A stretch of DNA of 64,000 bases from an uncultured Gammaproteobacteria bacterium (GTDB lineage Bacteria; Patescibacteriota; Patescibacteriia; UBA1558; S5-K13), in assembly GCA_964424195.1 (NCBI GenBank), contig CAYRHT010000001.1, positions 70,102 through 134,101 on the forward strand, given 5' to 3'. The notes beneath the pieces are model-generated. The model worked only from the letters and a program-made list of their open reading frames with translations, searched no databases and was not told the DNA's origin. Made by a program: the position numbers and the translations under genes. Shown piece by piece: positions 46,864-56,438 of this stretch; within the stretch, counting starts at the first letter, position 1, and each line of letters starts with the position of its first letter.

Positions 46864-48249
46864 ATGATATATAATCCCGATACTAAAAAAACAATAGAAA
46901 TATTGAAGAATGATTTGAAAAGAATAACATTGTCAGACAACCACCATGAAGCTTTTTTGTTTTTTACTAAATTAGAAAAATTAATGAATACAGACTATTC
47001 TGCTACTTTAGATAAATCTGATCTTTCATTGCATGAAGATATGGTTATAAAGGCTAAATTTATAGCTTTATATAGATTAGGGGAAGATGAGGTTATTGAA
47101 CTAATAAATACAAAATTCAATTATATTAATAAAATCGAAGGATATAATATTTTAGATAAAATAGATTTCTTTTTAAAAACAAATTTTTATTTTTTTAATG
47201 ATCGAAACGATTTTAAAGAAAAGCTTAGAAATGTCTTATCTGAAAGCAAAATAAAAATAGGTTCAGAAAACATATCTATCAATAATGAAAAAGTAGATTC
47301 TAATATAGCTAACTGGTTAAGAGATTTTAGAAATAGTAATTTAGAAGAAGGTTTCTTAGATGCTTTAAAAGTTAGTGAATATATTGCAAGAGTTCAAAAT
47401 ATTAAATCTTTATCAAAAAAAGAAAAAAAAAGAATAGAAGTTTTAATTAAGTTGTATGCCCATTTAAAGTTAGATTCTAATAACGAGGGAATGGAAGAAT
47501 CATTTCTTTTTGAAAATGAAAATAGAGAATTAATGAGGTTAGAAAGAGGTGTTTTTAGTAAGATTGAAGATAGTGTTTTAAAGGATACATATGATTTATA
47601 TAATGAAGTTCAGAAAAAAACAGGAGGGGAATTATATAATTCTGATAAAAAGATAGATAAAGAGCCTGTTAAAAAAGTTTTTGAAACTCCAACAAAAGAA
47701 CAAGCTCAAGTTGAAAAAGTAGAAGAAAAGAAGTCTGTAGAAAAGCTATTAGAATCATACAAAGCTTTTGAAATAGATTTAAAGAGTATGGATGTTATTA
47801 TTAAGGAGCTAGAAAGATATAAGAATAATCCTAATGGTCTTTTTGAAAAATTTAATCAAGATTTAGAAAAAGAAAATAGAGACAGTCTTCTAGCTACTTT
47901 AGTCTTTATTTGTCAGAATAAGTTATTAGATAAATTCTTAAAAGAAAATGAAAATTTACTAATTGAATTTAAGAAATATTTGAGTTTTAAATTATCTGAT
48001 GATGTTGTTAAAAGTATAATTAACAAATCTACTAGTTTGGAAACAGTTAGTTTGTATTTACAATTTTTACTATTTAAGAAGATTAAACTCTCTGCAAAGA
48101 ATGCTGGTCTGTTTGGTATGCATTTAGCTAATATTTTAAAGCAGAATGGTCAAGAAAAATATTTTCCTATGGTTTATGGAGATGTTAATTTAGAACAATT
48201 TGTTTGGCGAGAAGTAATTGAGGAAAATGGTTTAGTAAAATTTAAATAA
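46864..48249 (+). CDS. Hypothetical soluble protein (461 aa)
   Basis: Long ORF with a Lys/Glu-rich middle and no recognisable motif. Probably co-transcribed with the two upstream genes. Confidence 0.4.
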   Translation: MIYNPDTKKTIEILKNDLKRITLSDNHHEAFLFFTKLEKLMNTDYSATLDKSDLSLHEDMVIKAKFIALYRLGEDEVIELINTKFNYINKIEGYNILDKIDFFLKTNFYFFNDRNDFKEKLRNVLSESKIKIGSENISINNEKVDSNIANWLRDFRNSNLEEGFLDALKVSEYIARVQNIKSLSKKEKKRIEVLIKLYAHLKLDSNNEGMEESFLFENENRELMRLERGVFSKIEDSVLKDTYDLYNEVQKKTGGELYNSDKKIDKEPVKKVFETPTKEQAQVEKVEEKKSVEKLLESYKAFEIDLKSMDVIIKELERYKNNPNGLFEKFNQDLEKENRDSLLATLVFICQNKLLDKFLKENENLLIEFKKYLSFKLSDDVVKSIINKSTSLETVSLYLQFLLFKKIKLSAKNAGLFGMHLANILKQNGQEKYFPMVYGDVNLEQFVWREVIEENGLVKFK

Positions 48250-48344
48250 TTAGATTTTAGCGGAGTTGAATTAGACTCTTTTTTAGTTGATTTTATTTTA
48301 TTAAACTGATATAATCTGATATAGTTAATATATCAGATAAATAT

Positions 48345-49409
48345 ATGTTAAAAAATATCAATTTTGATCAGAGATTGCAAAATATTCCTGATAAAATTTG
48401 GTCTATTATAGTGCAAATCGATCAATTACAAGGACAGTGGATTGCAGGGGCAAAATTGAGCTCCCAAGTTTTAGGTCGTCTCAAACGATCTGTTTTAATT
48501 ACTTCTACTGGTGCCTCTACTCGTATTGAGGGGTCGAGACTTTCAGATGAAGATATTGAAAAAATGATGAAAGGTATTGATATTCAAAAATTTATAGACA
48601 GAGATAAACAAGAGGTTCAGGGTTATTACGAATTACTAGAGAATGTTTTTAATTCTTGGAGAACACTTCGTTTTAATGAAAGTATTATTAAGCACTTTCA
48701 TAATGAATTGCTTAAATATGTGGATAAAGATCAGGAACATAAAGGTAAATACAAGAAACAGGAGAATAAAGTTCATATGATTAATGAGGCTGGTGAATCA
48801 GTGGGTATATTATTTGATACTACTCCTGCTTATCTTACTCCTAAAGAAATGATGGAATTAATCGAGTGGACTGATAAAACTTTAGAAGAAAGAAAATATC
48901 ATCCACTTTTAATTGTTGCTAATTTTATTGTTGAATTTTTGAAAATTCATCCATTCCAAGATGGTAATGGTCGTGTTTCTCGTGTCTTAACGAATCTTTT
49001 ATTACTTAAAGAGGGCTATGAATATATGCCCTATGTGTCTCATGAAAAATTAGTAGAAGATAATAAGCCAGATTATTATATTGCATTACGTAAGAGTCAA
49101 AAAACAATCGGCTCTAAAAAAGAAGATATTATTTTATGGCTTGAGTTTTTTTTCACTGTTTTTTTAAAGCAATCTCAGATGGCGGTCGATTTGCTTTCAA
49201 AAGAAAATGTGGAAAAGCTTCTAACTCCTAAGCAAATGGCAGTTTGGCAGTATTTGCAGGAAAGTGATAAAATAACTACTCCTATGGAAATTGCTCAAAA
49301 AACTAAAGTTGCTCAGCCAACTGTTAGACAGGCTTTGGATAAATTGATGCGACTTAAAAAAATTGAACGAATTGGTCAAGGACGTAGTACTGGTTACAGA
49401 ACATTTTAA
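48345..49409 (+). CDS. Fic-family protein (AMPylator-type) with C-terminal wHTH
   Basis: Canonical Fic motif HPFQDGNGRVSR. A C-terminal winged-helix-like segment. Confidence 0.85.
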   Translation: MLKNINFDQRLQNIPDKIWSIIVQIDQLQGQWIAGAKLSSQVLGRLKRSVLITSTGASTRIEGSRLSDEDIEKMMKGIDIQKFIDRDKQEVQGYYELLENVFNSWRTLRFNESIIKHFHNELLKYVDKDQEHKGKYKKQENKVHMINEAGESVGILFDTTPAYLTPKEMMELIEWTDKTLEERKYHPLLIVANFIVEFLKIHPFQDGNGRVSRVLTNLLLLKEGYEYMPYVSHEKLVEDNKPDYYIALRKSQKTIGSKKEDIILWLEFFFTVFLKQSQMAVDLLSKENVEKLLTPKQMAVWQYLQESDKITTPMEIAQKTKVAQPTVRQALDKLMRLKKIERIGQGRSTGYRTF

Positions 49410-49524
49410 ACTAAAAGATAAAAATATATAGCTGGAATCTATTTTTTTATTATTTATCTTGTTAATTGGAATTAGGTATGTTATAATGTTTCTGTAAGTA
49501 CTAAATTAATTAGTAACTATAGAA

Positions 49525-50148
49525 ATGATAGAAAATATTAAAAATTTGCCATATTTGTCTAAAACAGCTTTAGTTAATTTTTTGGATAAAAATTCTAATA
49601 CTTTAAGAAACTTAATAAGTTATTGGGTAAAAAATAAATCTTTGATCCGTTTAAAGAGGGGTTTTTTTGTATTTAAAAAATTTTTAGAAAAAAAAGATAA
49701 TTCTTTATATTATTCTCGATTTTTAGCAACCAAAATGATTGAACCCAGCTATTTAAGTAAAGAATTTATATTACAAGATTATCAAATGTTAACAGATGTA
49801 GTTTATAATTATTCAATAGTAACTACTAAAAAGACAAATTCTATTAGTAATGAGTTTGGTGTATTTAATTATCAATCAATCAAAAAAAATCTTTTCACTG
49901 GATTTTCCATGAAATCCTATGGTTCTATGGAATGGAATGTTGCTAGTAAGGCTAAAGCGTTATTTGATTATATTTATTTTAATCAGAATAAATTCAGTAA
50001 AATTAGCCAGAATGAATTATTAGGTTTGAGATTGGATTTAGATGTTATGAATAAACAAGATTGGAAGAAATATGAAAGATATTTATCAGTAGCACCATTT
50101 AAAATGATGGATATTTATAAAATAATGAAAAATTATGTTACCAAATAG
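49525..50148 (+). CDS. AbiEi-like antitoxin/transcriptional regulator (type IV TA) candidate
   Basis: 207 aa. N-terminal LSKTALVNFL...LIRLKRGFFVF resembles the AbiEi wHTH pattern. 14-nt overlap with the AbiEii gene. Confidence 0.5.
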   Translation: MIENIKNLPYLSKTALVNFLDKNSNTLRNLISYWVKNKSLIRLKRGFFVFKKFLEKKDNSLYYSRFLATKMIEPSYLSKEFILQDYQMLTDVVYNYSIVTTKKTNSISNEFGVFNYQSIKKNLFTGFSMKSYGSMEWNVASKAKALFDYIYFNQNKFSKISQNELLGLRLDLDVMNKQDWKKYERYLSVAPFKMMDIYKIMKNYVTK

Positions 50149-50980
50149 TTTAAAAAATATAGTTCAATCAGGTAGAGATAGGAATGCTTCTGTTGAATAT
50201 ATAAAAATAGAGTTAAAAGAGGTGTTAATTTATTATACTCTTAATTTTATTTATAATTCCCCTAAGTGGAATGGGTTAATTTTTGGTGGCGGGACAGCTT
50301 TGAAAATAATTGGTGAGACGTCGCGCTTGTCTGAGGATCTAGATATGGATTATATTGAGGGAAAATTTGATTCAGATTCATTCTTACGCGAGTTAATTGA
50401 GTATTTTAAACAACTAGGATTTGATAATATCAATTATACTTCTAGACAAAAGGGTAAGATTATTACTCTAAAATTTCCAATATTACAGGAATTGGGTTTA
50501 GTGAATAATATAAAATCAGAAAGTAATTTATTGTATTTAAAAATAGAAATAGAAAAAAATAAATATTCTGTTTATGGGATAAAAGCTACACCTATTATGA
50601 AAAGTAATTTGTTTTTTGTAGTAAAAAATTATGATTTAGAAACATTATTTGCGAATAAAATAGGTGCAATATTAGGAAGGAAAGAAAAAGTTTTTCAAGA
50701 TAAATTTGATTTTAAAGGACGGGATTTTTATGATTTAATTTGGTTTTTAGAGAAAGGTATTAAGCCGAATTTAAAAAGAGTACAGCAAATTGTTAAGGCT
50801 GAACAAGGTGAGGTAATAAAAGATTATGATGGTATTTGGAAACTAATAGAAAAGAGAATAAATAAAATTAATTCCAAAGGGATTTATACAGATATGAAGA
50901 ATTTAGTAGAGTCGCCAGAAGGAATAAAGCAGTTAGCGGATAATTTTCTAGATATTTATAGAGACTTGATAAAAAAATAA
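50135..50980 (+). CDS. AbiEii-family nucleotidyltransferase toxin (DUF1814-like)
   Basis: LIFGGGTALKIIGETSRLSEDLDMDY matches the GGTAL...R.SEDLD nucleotidyltransferase motif of AbiEii. Confidence 0.7.
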   Translation: MLPNSLKNIVQSGRDRNASVEYIKIELKEVLIYYTLNFIYNSPKWNGLIFGGGTALKIIGETSRLSEDLDMDYIEGKFDSDSFLRELIEYFKQLGFDNINYTSRQKGKIITLKFPILQELGLVNNIKSESNLLYLKIEIEKNKYSVYGIKATPIMKSNLFFVVKNYDLETLFANKIGAILGRKEKVFQDKFDFKGRDFYDLIWFLEKGIKPNLKRVQQIVKAEQGEVIKDYDGIWKLIEKRINKINSKGIYTDMKNLVESPEGIKQLADNFLDIYRDLIKK

Positions 50981-51037
50981 GGAATGTTGTATTTTAAATA
51001 CAGTACTCCTTATTATTATAAGAATATAAATAAATAT

Positions 51038-51595
51038 TTAAACTCTTTCTACGTATTCTCCAGTTTCAGTATTGATTCTAATAGTATCACCATCTTTAAC
51101 AAAGAGGGGGCATTTTACTTGAGCATCAGTTTCAATAGTAACTTGTTTAGAAGCAGTACCAGCAGTATCTCCTTTAATCCCAGGAGGGGCAGAAGTTACT
51201 TTAAAATCCATTTTAGTAGGTAGACTAATTGAAACAGCATCACCATTAAATTTTAATACATCTACTATAGTTCCTTCAATTAAATAGATAGATTGTTCAC
51301 CAACTATTTTTTCTGATAGAGAAAATTGTTCAAAACTTTCTTGATCCATGAAATAGAAATTATCTGAATCATTGTAGAGAAAACTAGCTTTAGTTCTTTC
51401 TAAATCAGCTTCTTCAGCTTTATCACTACCATTAAATGTTTTTTCTAGAACGTCACCAGTGATTAAATTCTTTAGTTTAGTTCTTAAAACAGCACTACTC
51501 CGAGCTTGCTTAGAGTGTTGAGCAGCTACAATCTTATATGGTTGATTATTAAGAGAAATAATCTTATTTAATTTTAAGTCACTAAATTCTAACAT
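51038..51595 (-). CDS. efp: Elongation factor P
   Basis: 185 aa. The KOW-like N-terminus and OB domains align to EF-P. Confidence 0.9.
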   Translation of the reverse strand: MLEFSDLKLNKIISLNNQPYKIVAAQHSKQARSSAVLRTKLKNLITGDVLEKTFNGSDKAEEADLERTKASFLYNDSDNFYFMDQESFEQFSLSEKIVGEQSIYLIEGTIVDVLKFNGDAVSISLPTKMDFKVTSAPPGIKGDTAGTASKQVTIETDAQVKCPLFVKDGDTIRINTETGEYVERV

Positions 51596-51600
51596 ACTTT

Positions 51601-51855
51601 TTATTTAGTATATGGTAAAAGACCCATAAATCTTGCTCTTTTGATAGCTTTAGAAAGTTTTCTTTGGTGTTTAGAACAAATTCCACTTCTTTTCTTAGGT
51701 ACTATCTTAGAGTAAGAACTAATGAATCTTTGTAAGATTTGAGTATCTTTGAAATCAATATAATCTGCTTTTTTAAAGCAAAAATAACAATACTTCTTTT
51801 TAGCTAAAGGATTCTTATTATTTCTATTATTGATTTTTCTGGTTTTCTTCTTCAT
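51601..51855 (-). CDS. rpsR: 30S ribosomal protein S18
   Basis: YCYFCFKKADYIDFKD...SGICSKHQRKLSKAIKRARFMGLLPYT. Confidence 0.9.
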   Translation of the reverse strand: MKKKTRKINNRNNKNPLAKKKYCYFCFKKADYIDFKDTQILQRFISSYSKIVPKKRSGICSKHQRKLSKAIKRARFMGLLPYTK

Positions 51856-51919
51856 AGGTTTAATTTTATTCTCACTGGCGGGTTTTTAAACCCCTGGGTT
51901 TGCCAATAAGGTTAATAAT

Positions 51920-52366
51920 TTAAAATGGGATATCTTCAATATTAATTTCTTCTTCAGAGTCTTCACTTGGTTTTTGTGGTGTAGAGTCTTCGCTAGGAGC
52001 AGCAGGAGCGCTATTAGAAGTATTACTTGACTTACTATCCAACATAATCATATTATCAGCTACAATCTCTGTTCGGTACTTTTTAACTCCGTTTTGATCC
52101 TCCCAAGATCTAGTTTGTAATCTACCTTCTAAATAGATTCGACTACCTTTTTTTAGATATTGAGTGATAATTTCAGCTAATTTTCTCCAAGCTACTATAT
52201 TATGAAATTCTGTTTTTTCTTGTTTTTCACCATTTCCATCTTTCCATACTAGATTAGTAGCTAATGAAAATGAAACAACAGTTTGTCCAGTAGGAGTAGT
52301 TCTTGATTCTGGATCAGCTGTTAATCTTCCAATAATTGTTGCTTTGTTTAAATCCATATATTTCAA
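51920..52366 (-). CDS. ssb: Single-stranded DNA-binding protein
   Basis: OB fold (MDLNKATIIGRLTADPE...), acidic tail ending DIPF. In the rpsF-ssb-rpsR arrangement. Confidence 0.9.
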   Translation of the reverse strand: MKYMDLNKATIIGRLTADPESRTTPTGQTVVSFSLATNLVWKDGNGEKQEKTEFHNIVAWRKLAEIITQYLKKGSRIYLEGRLQTRSWEDQNGVKKYRTEIVADNMIMLDSKSSNTSNSAPAAPSEDSTPQKPSEDSEEEINIEDIPF

Positions 52367-52378
52367 ATTAAAGATTAT

Positions 52379-52885
52379 TTAATTAATTATATCATCATTT
52401 AATATCTCATCTAACTTTTTATCTAAATCCTTAAGATCTTTTTTACCAGCATCTTTATCTTCTTTCTTTTCTTCTTCAGGAGCTTCTTCTTTAATTTCTT
52501 TTTCTTTCTTTTCTTCAACTTTGTCTTTAGCGGGAGTAGAATCTTTAGATTTAGCTTTTTTAACCTCTTCCATGTCGATTACTTTTACATTCTCAGGTTT
52601 TTTAACAACTAGATATCTAATTATAGTTTTATCTAATTTTAATTCCTTTTCAATAGCTTTTAAGGTTTTAGGTTCTAGATTAAATTCTAGACAAATAAAA
52701 ACACCCTTTAATAGTTTTTCAATAGGGTAGCTTAGTTTTTTTCTTCCTAAATTTTCTTCAGAAGTAATTTCACCTTTATTATCAGTTATTAATCCTTTGA
52801 CCTTCTCAATAATTTCAGAAAGTTCATTATCAGGAATATTGGGATTGATAATAGTGGTTAATTCATAATGTGTAATATTGCTCAT
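52379..52885 (-). CDS. rpsF: 30S ribosomal protein S6 with a Lys/Glu-rich C-terminal extension
   Basis: MSNITHYELTTIINPNIPDNEL... N-terminus. First gene of rpsF-ssb-rpsR. Confidence 0.85.
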   Translation of the reverse strand: MSNITHYELTTIINPNIPDNELSEIIEKVKGLITDNKGEITSEENLGRKKLSYPIEKLLKGVFICLEFNLEPKTLKAIEKELKLDKTIIRYLVVKKPENVKVIDMEEVKKAKSKDSTPAKDKVEEKKEKEIKEEAPEEEKKEDKDAGKKDLKDLDKKLDEILNDDIIN

Positions 52886-53027
52886 GTTTTTTGTAATTTA
52901 ATATAAAAACATATATAAATATGTTGTAATAGAAAGTTATCATTTATTTTAAATTAAGTCAAGAACATTTCTGCTCCTGAAGCGTAAATATGTTATAATT
53001 AAGGCATCATAATTAATATATAAAAAT

Positions 53028-53291
53028 ATGGGAGATGATATTCAACAAAAATCTGTAGAAGCATATTTTATAGAATTAGAAGTGCCAGAAGATAAGAAGG
53101 AAAAGGTTTTAATGTCCATTACTAATATGGTTTACAGTAGAAATCAAAGAATTATTGAATTAGAAAAAGAAACAGACACTGATCAAAGAACTGATTTATT
53201 AAAAATCATAGAAGAGAAAGAACTTTTGATTAAAGAAAAAATTAATAAAGTTTTAGCGGGTGAAGAGGAAAAAATAACTTATGACTACTAA
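53028..53291 (+). CDS. Hypothetical acidic protein (87 aa)
   Basis: ORF only. 11-nt overlap with the gpmI start. Confidence 0.3.
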   Translation: MGDDIQQKSVEAYFIELEVPEDKKEKVLMSITNMVYSRNQRIIELEKETDTDQRTDLLKIIEEKELLIKEKINKVLAGEEEKITYDY

Positions 53292-54861
53292 TCCAGTTGC
53301 TTTAATCATTCTAGATGGTTGGGGAGTGTGTTCGTCATCTATTGGTAATGCTATCTCTTTAGCCAAACTTGAATATTGGGACTATTTACTTAAAAATTAT
53401 CCTAGTTTTCTATTACAAGCTTCTGGAGAAGCAGTAGGCTTACCCTATGGTGAAGTAGGTAATTCAGAAGTTGGACATTTAACTATTGGTTCAGGACAAA
53501 TAGTTCTTCAAAGTTTAAATAGAATTAATAAAGCTATCTTAGATGGTAGTTTTTTTAAGAACCAAGAATTAATTAATTCTATTCAACATGCTCAAAAGAA
53601 TGATTCAGCTCTACACTTAGTAGGTCTTCTAGGAACAGGAGGAATTCATGCTTACCAGGCTCATTTAGAAGCTCTAGTTAAAATGGCAGCAGAGTATAAA
53701 TTGAAAAAAGTATATTTGCATTTATTTTTGGATGGACGAGATACTGGAAAAGATAAAGGGAGTGAATTTTTACAAAATTTACAAAAAACTTTAGAAGAAT
53801 TTCAATGTGGAAAAATTGCTAGTTTAAGTGGTCGTTTTTATGGTATGGATCGGAATAATAATTGGGATAGAATTAAACTCAGTTATGATAGTATTGTTAA
53901 TGGAAAAGCAGAAGAAGCTTTTGAAGACCCTCTATTAGCAATTAGAGATTCCTATGCACATAATATTTTTGATGAGGCAATGAAACCAATAGTAATTGAA
54001 AAAGATGGGAAAGCTGTCGGAGAAATAAATGATAATGATGCTGTAATATTTTTTAATTTTAGAGCTGATCGAGCTCGTCAATTAACTAAGGCTTTAGTTG
54101 GAGATGATTTTACAGAATTTGATCGTCCGAAGAAGTTTAATAATCTTTTAATGACTACTTTTACTGAGTATGAGCATGATTTACCAGTTAAAATAGCTTT
54201 TGGTCGACCAGAGATACATGAAACATTAGCTAGCGTTATTAGTAAGGCTAATCTAAATCAATTACATTTAGCAGAAACTGAAAAATATGCTCATGTTACT
54301 TTCTTTTTTAATGGTTTAAAAGAAGATAAATTTACAAATGAAGAAAGAATTTTAGTTCCATCTCCAAATGTAGAAACTTATGATTTACAACCAGAAATGT
54401 CAGCCCCTTTAATTACCGAACAATTAATTGGAGCAGTGAATAGTAAAAAACATGATTTCTATGTTATTAATTATGCTAATCCAGACATGGTTGGCCATAC
54501 TGGTAATTTACCGGCTTCAATTCAAGCTGTAAAAGCAATAGACAGTTATTTATCTCAAGTTATTCCTGCAATTTTACAACAGAATGGAACAGTTCTAATT
54601 ACAGCTGACCATGGTAATGCTGAAGAAATTGTTAATTTAAAGACTGGTGAAATTGACAAGGAACATAGTAATTTTCCAGTTCCTTTAGTTGTTGTTAATA
54701 ATGCTTTAAAGAACAAAACTCAAGCCATTAACAATGATATTTTACATCAACAACAAATATCTGGAGTTTTATCTGATATTGCTCCTACAGTCTTAGCATT
54801 TTTAAAATTACAACCTAGTGAGCATATGAAGGGGATTAATTTGGCTAGGAAGTTTTTTTGA
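53281..54861 (+). CDS. gpmI: 2,3-bisphosphoglycerate-independent phosphoglycerate mutase
   Basis: ALIILDGWG N-terminus, metal-binding DGRD and ADHGN motifs, 526 aa. Confidence 0.9.
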   Translation: MTTNPVALIILDGWGVCSSSIGNAISLAKLEYWDYLLKNYPSFLLQASGEAVGLPYGEVGNSEVGHLTIGSGQIVLQSLNRINKAILDGSFFKNQELINSIQHAQKNDSALHLVGLLGTGGIHAYQAHLEALVKMAAEYKLKKVYLHLFLDGRDTGKDKGSEFLQNLQKTLEEFQCGKIASLSGRFYGMDRNNNWDRIKLSYDSIVNGKAEEAFEDPLLAIRDSYAHNIFDEAMKPIVIEKDGKAVGEINDNDAVIFFNFRADRARQLTKALVGDDFTEFDRPKKFNNLLMTTFTEYEHDLPVKIAFGRPEIHETLASVISKANLNQLHLAETEKYAHVTFFFNGLKEDKFTNEERILVPSPNVETYDLQPEMSAPLITEQLIGAVNSKKHDFYVINYANPDMVGHTGNLPASIQAVKAIDSYLSQVIPAILQQNGTVLITADHGNAEEIVNLKTGEIDKEHSNFPVPLVVVNNALKNKTQAINNDILHQQQISGVLSDIAPTVLAFLKLQPSEHMKGINLARKFF

Positions 54862-54878
54862 AAAGAGTAAACACATTT

Positions 54879-54907
54879 AAGAAAGGATTTTTAATTCTTT
54901 CTTTTTT
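54879..54907 (+). terminator. Intrinsic terminator after gpmI
   Basis: AAGAAAG-loop-CTTTCTT stem followed by a T-run. Confidence 0.4.
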
Positions 54908-54912
54908 AGTCC

Positions 54913-54941
54913 TTGACAAAATATAGTTATGGGTATATACT
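54913..54941 (+). promoter_or_regulatory. Candidate promoter TTGACA-17 nt-TATACT upstream of the DUF5320-like gene
   Basis: TTGACA at 54913-54918, 17-nt spacer, TATACT at 54936-54941. Confidence 0.35.
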
Positions 54942-55009
54942 TATAATGTAAGTAATAATTTTTATTAGAGATTAATTTATTTCTAGTAAAAAAAGAAAGG
55001 AATAAATAT

Positions 55010-55222
55010 ATGCCAAATTTTGATAGAAAAGGGCCCAGAGGAGAAGGCTCAGGAACTGGTAGAGGAATGGGTCGTTGTGGTGCTAAAAGAGATCGGAGTC
55101 AAGGTTTTAGATTTCAAAGATTTTCTTCTCAAAAAGAAGAGATTAAAGATCTAAAATCTTATCAAGAAGATTTAAATAATGAATTGAAGGCCGTAAAGGA
55201 AAAGCTTAAAAATGATAAATAA
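55010..55222 (+). CDS. DUF5320-like small Gly/Arg-rich protein
   Basis: MPNFDRKGPRGEGSGTGRGMGRCGAKRD N-terminus resembles DUF5320 proteins, which commonly neighbour DUF134 genes. Confidence 0.45.
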   Translation: MPNFDRKGPRGEGSGTGRGMGRCGAKRDRSQGFRFQRFSSQKEEIKDLKSYQEDLNNELKAVKEKLKNDK

Positions 55223-55330
55223 TTTATTTTAAAGAAGGGAGTTGAAGTTAATCATCTCTTTTCTTTTTTTCTGTTTTCGATTATTATAAGTATATACCTT
55301 AAATCATTTTTTAATTATTAATTATGATAT

Positions 55331-55606
55331 ATGCCTAGGCCAAAGTTATTTAGAAAAATTTGTTTAAAAATAAAGTCAGATTATTTTAAACCTCGAGGAA
55401 TTCCAATGAAAAAATTGGATGTTATTTTTCTTTCTAAAGAAGAATTAGAGGCTTTACGTTTAAAAAATGTTAAAGATTTAGACCAAAATGAAGCTGCCCA
55501 GAAAATGAATACTTCTCAAAGTACTTTTCAAAGAATTTTGAGCTCGGCTTATAAGAAAGTAAGTGAAGCTTTAGTTAAAGGCAAAGCAATTAAAATTGAT
55601 AAATGA
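55331..55606 (+). CDS. DUF134 (UPF0251) predicted DNA-binding protein
   Basis: MPRPKLFRKICLKIKSDYFKPRGIP... matches the DUF134 N-terminal signature. A sigma-70 region-4-like HTH follows (EAAQKMNTSQSTFQRIL). Confidence 0.7.
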   Translation: MPRPKLFRKICLKIKSDYFKPRGIPMKKLDVIFLSKEELEALRLKNVKDLDQNEAAQKMNTSQSTFQRILSSAYKKVSEALVKGKAIKIDK

Positions 55607-55619
55607 TAATAATTAATAT

Positions 55620-56357
55620 ATGAGTACATTTTGGATTGTGATCTTGAGTTCGGTGGTTATGAGTTTATTAGCTCTAGTAGGTTTATTTACTTTGATATTA
55701 AAGGAAAAAACTTTGAAGAAAATTATTTTACCTTTGGTTGCTTTTTCAGCTGGCGCTTTGTTAGGGGGAGCTTTTTTACATATGATTCCAGAGAGTATTG
55801 GAAAATTTAAGACTAATCAAGAAGTTTTTATTTTAGTATTAATTGGTTTTGCAATATTTTTTTTATTAGAGCAATTTATTCATTGGCATCATTGTCATCG
55901 TCTTCCTTCGGAACATAAACAACCAGTAACTTATTTAATATTAATAGCAGATGCTATTCATAATTTTATTGGTGGCTTAGCTATTGCTAGTGCTTTTATT
56001 ATTGATTTGAGAATAGGAGTTGTTACCTGGATTGCTGCTGCTGCTCATGAGATTCCTCAAGAATTGGGGGATTTTGGGATTTTGATTCACGGTGGTTGGA
56101 GCAAAAAGAAAGCTTTGATTTTTAATTTTATTTCAGCATCGACAATCATTCTCGGAGCTTTATTAGCTTATTTTTTATCTAATCATATTAATATTGCTTT
56201 TTTAATTCCTTTAGCAGCTGGTAATTTTATTTATATTGCTTGTTCAGATTTAATTCCGGAAATAAAACATGGGTGTAGTGTTAAAAACAATATTATTCAT
56301 TTTATATTTTTTATATTAGGAATTTTATTAATATATTTAGTAAGTTTTATTCATTAA
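55620..56357 (+). CDS. ZIP-family divalent metal transporter (ZupT-like)
   Basis: HEIPQELGDFGIL and HNFIGGLAIA ZIP signature helices, 245 aa. Confidence 0.8.
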   Translation: MSTFWIVILSSVVMSLLALVGLFTLILKEKTLKKIILPLVAFSAGALLGGAFLHMIPESIGKFKTNQEVFILVLIGFAIFFLLEQFIHWHHCHRLPSEHKQPVTYLILIADAIHNFIGGLAIASAFIIDLRIGVVTWIAAAAHEIPQELGDFGILIHGGWSKKKALIFNFISASTIILGALLAYFLSNHINIAFLIPLAAGNFIYIACSDLIPEIKHGCSVKNNIIHFIFFILGILLIYLVSFIH

Positions 56358-56438
56358 TATTTTTTGTTTTTAGGTAGAAATTTGTCAATAATATTTGGAT
56401 TGAGTTTTATATAATTTTAAAAATAAGTTTTAAGTACT

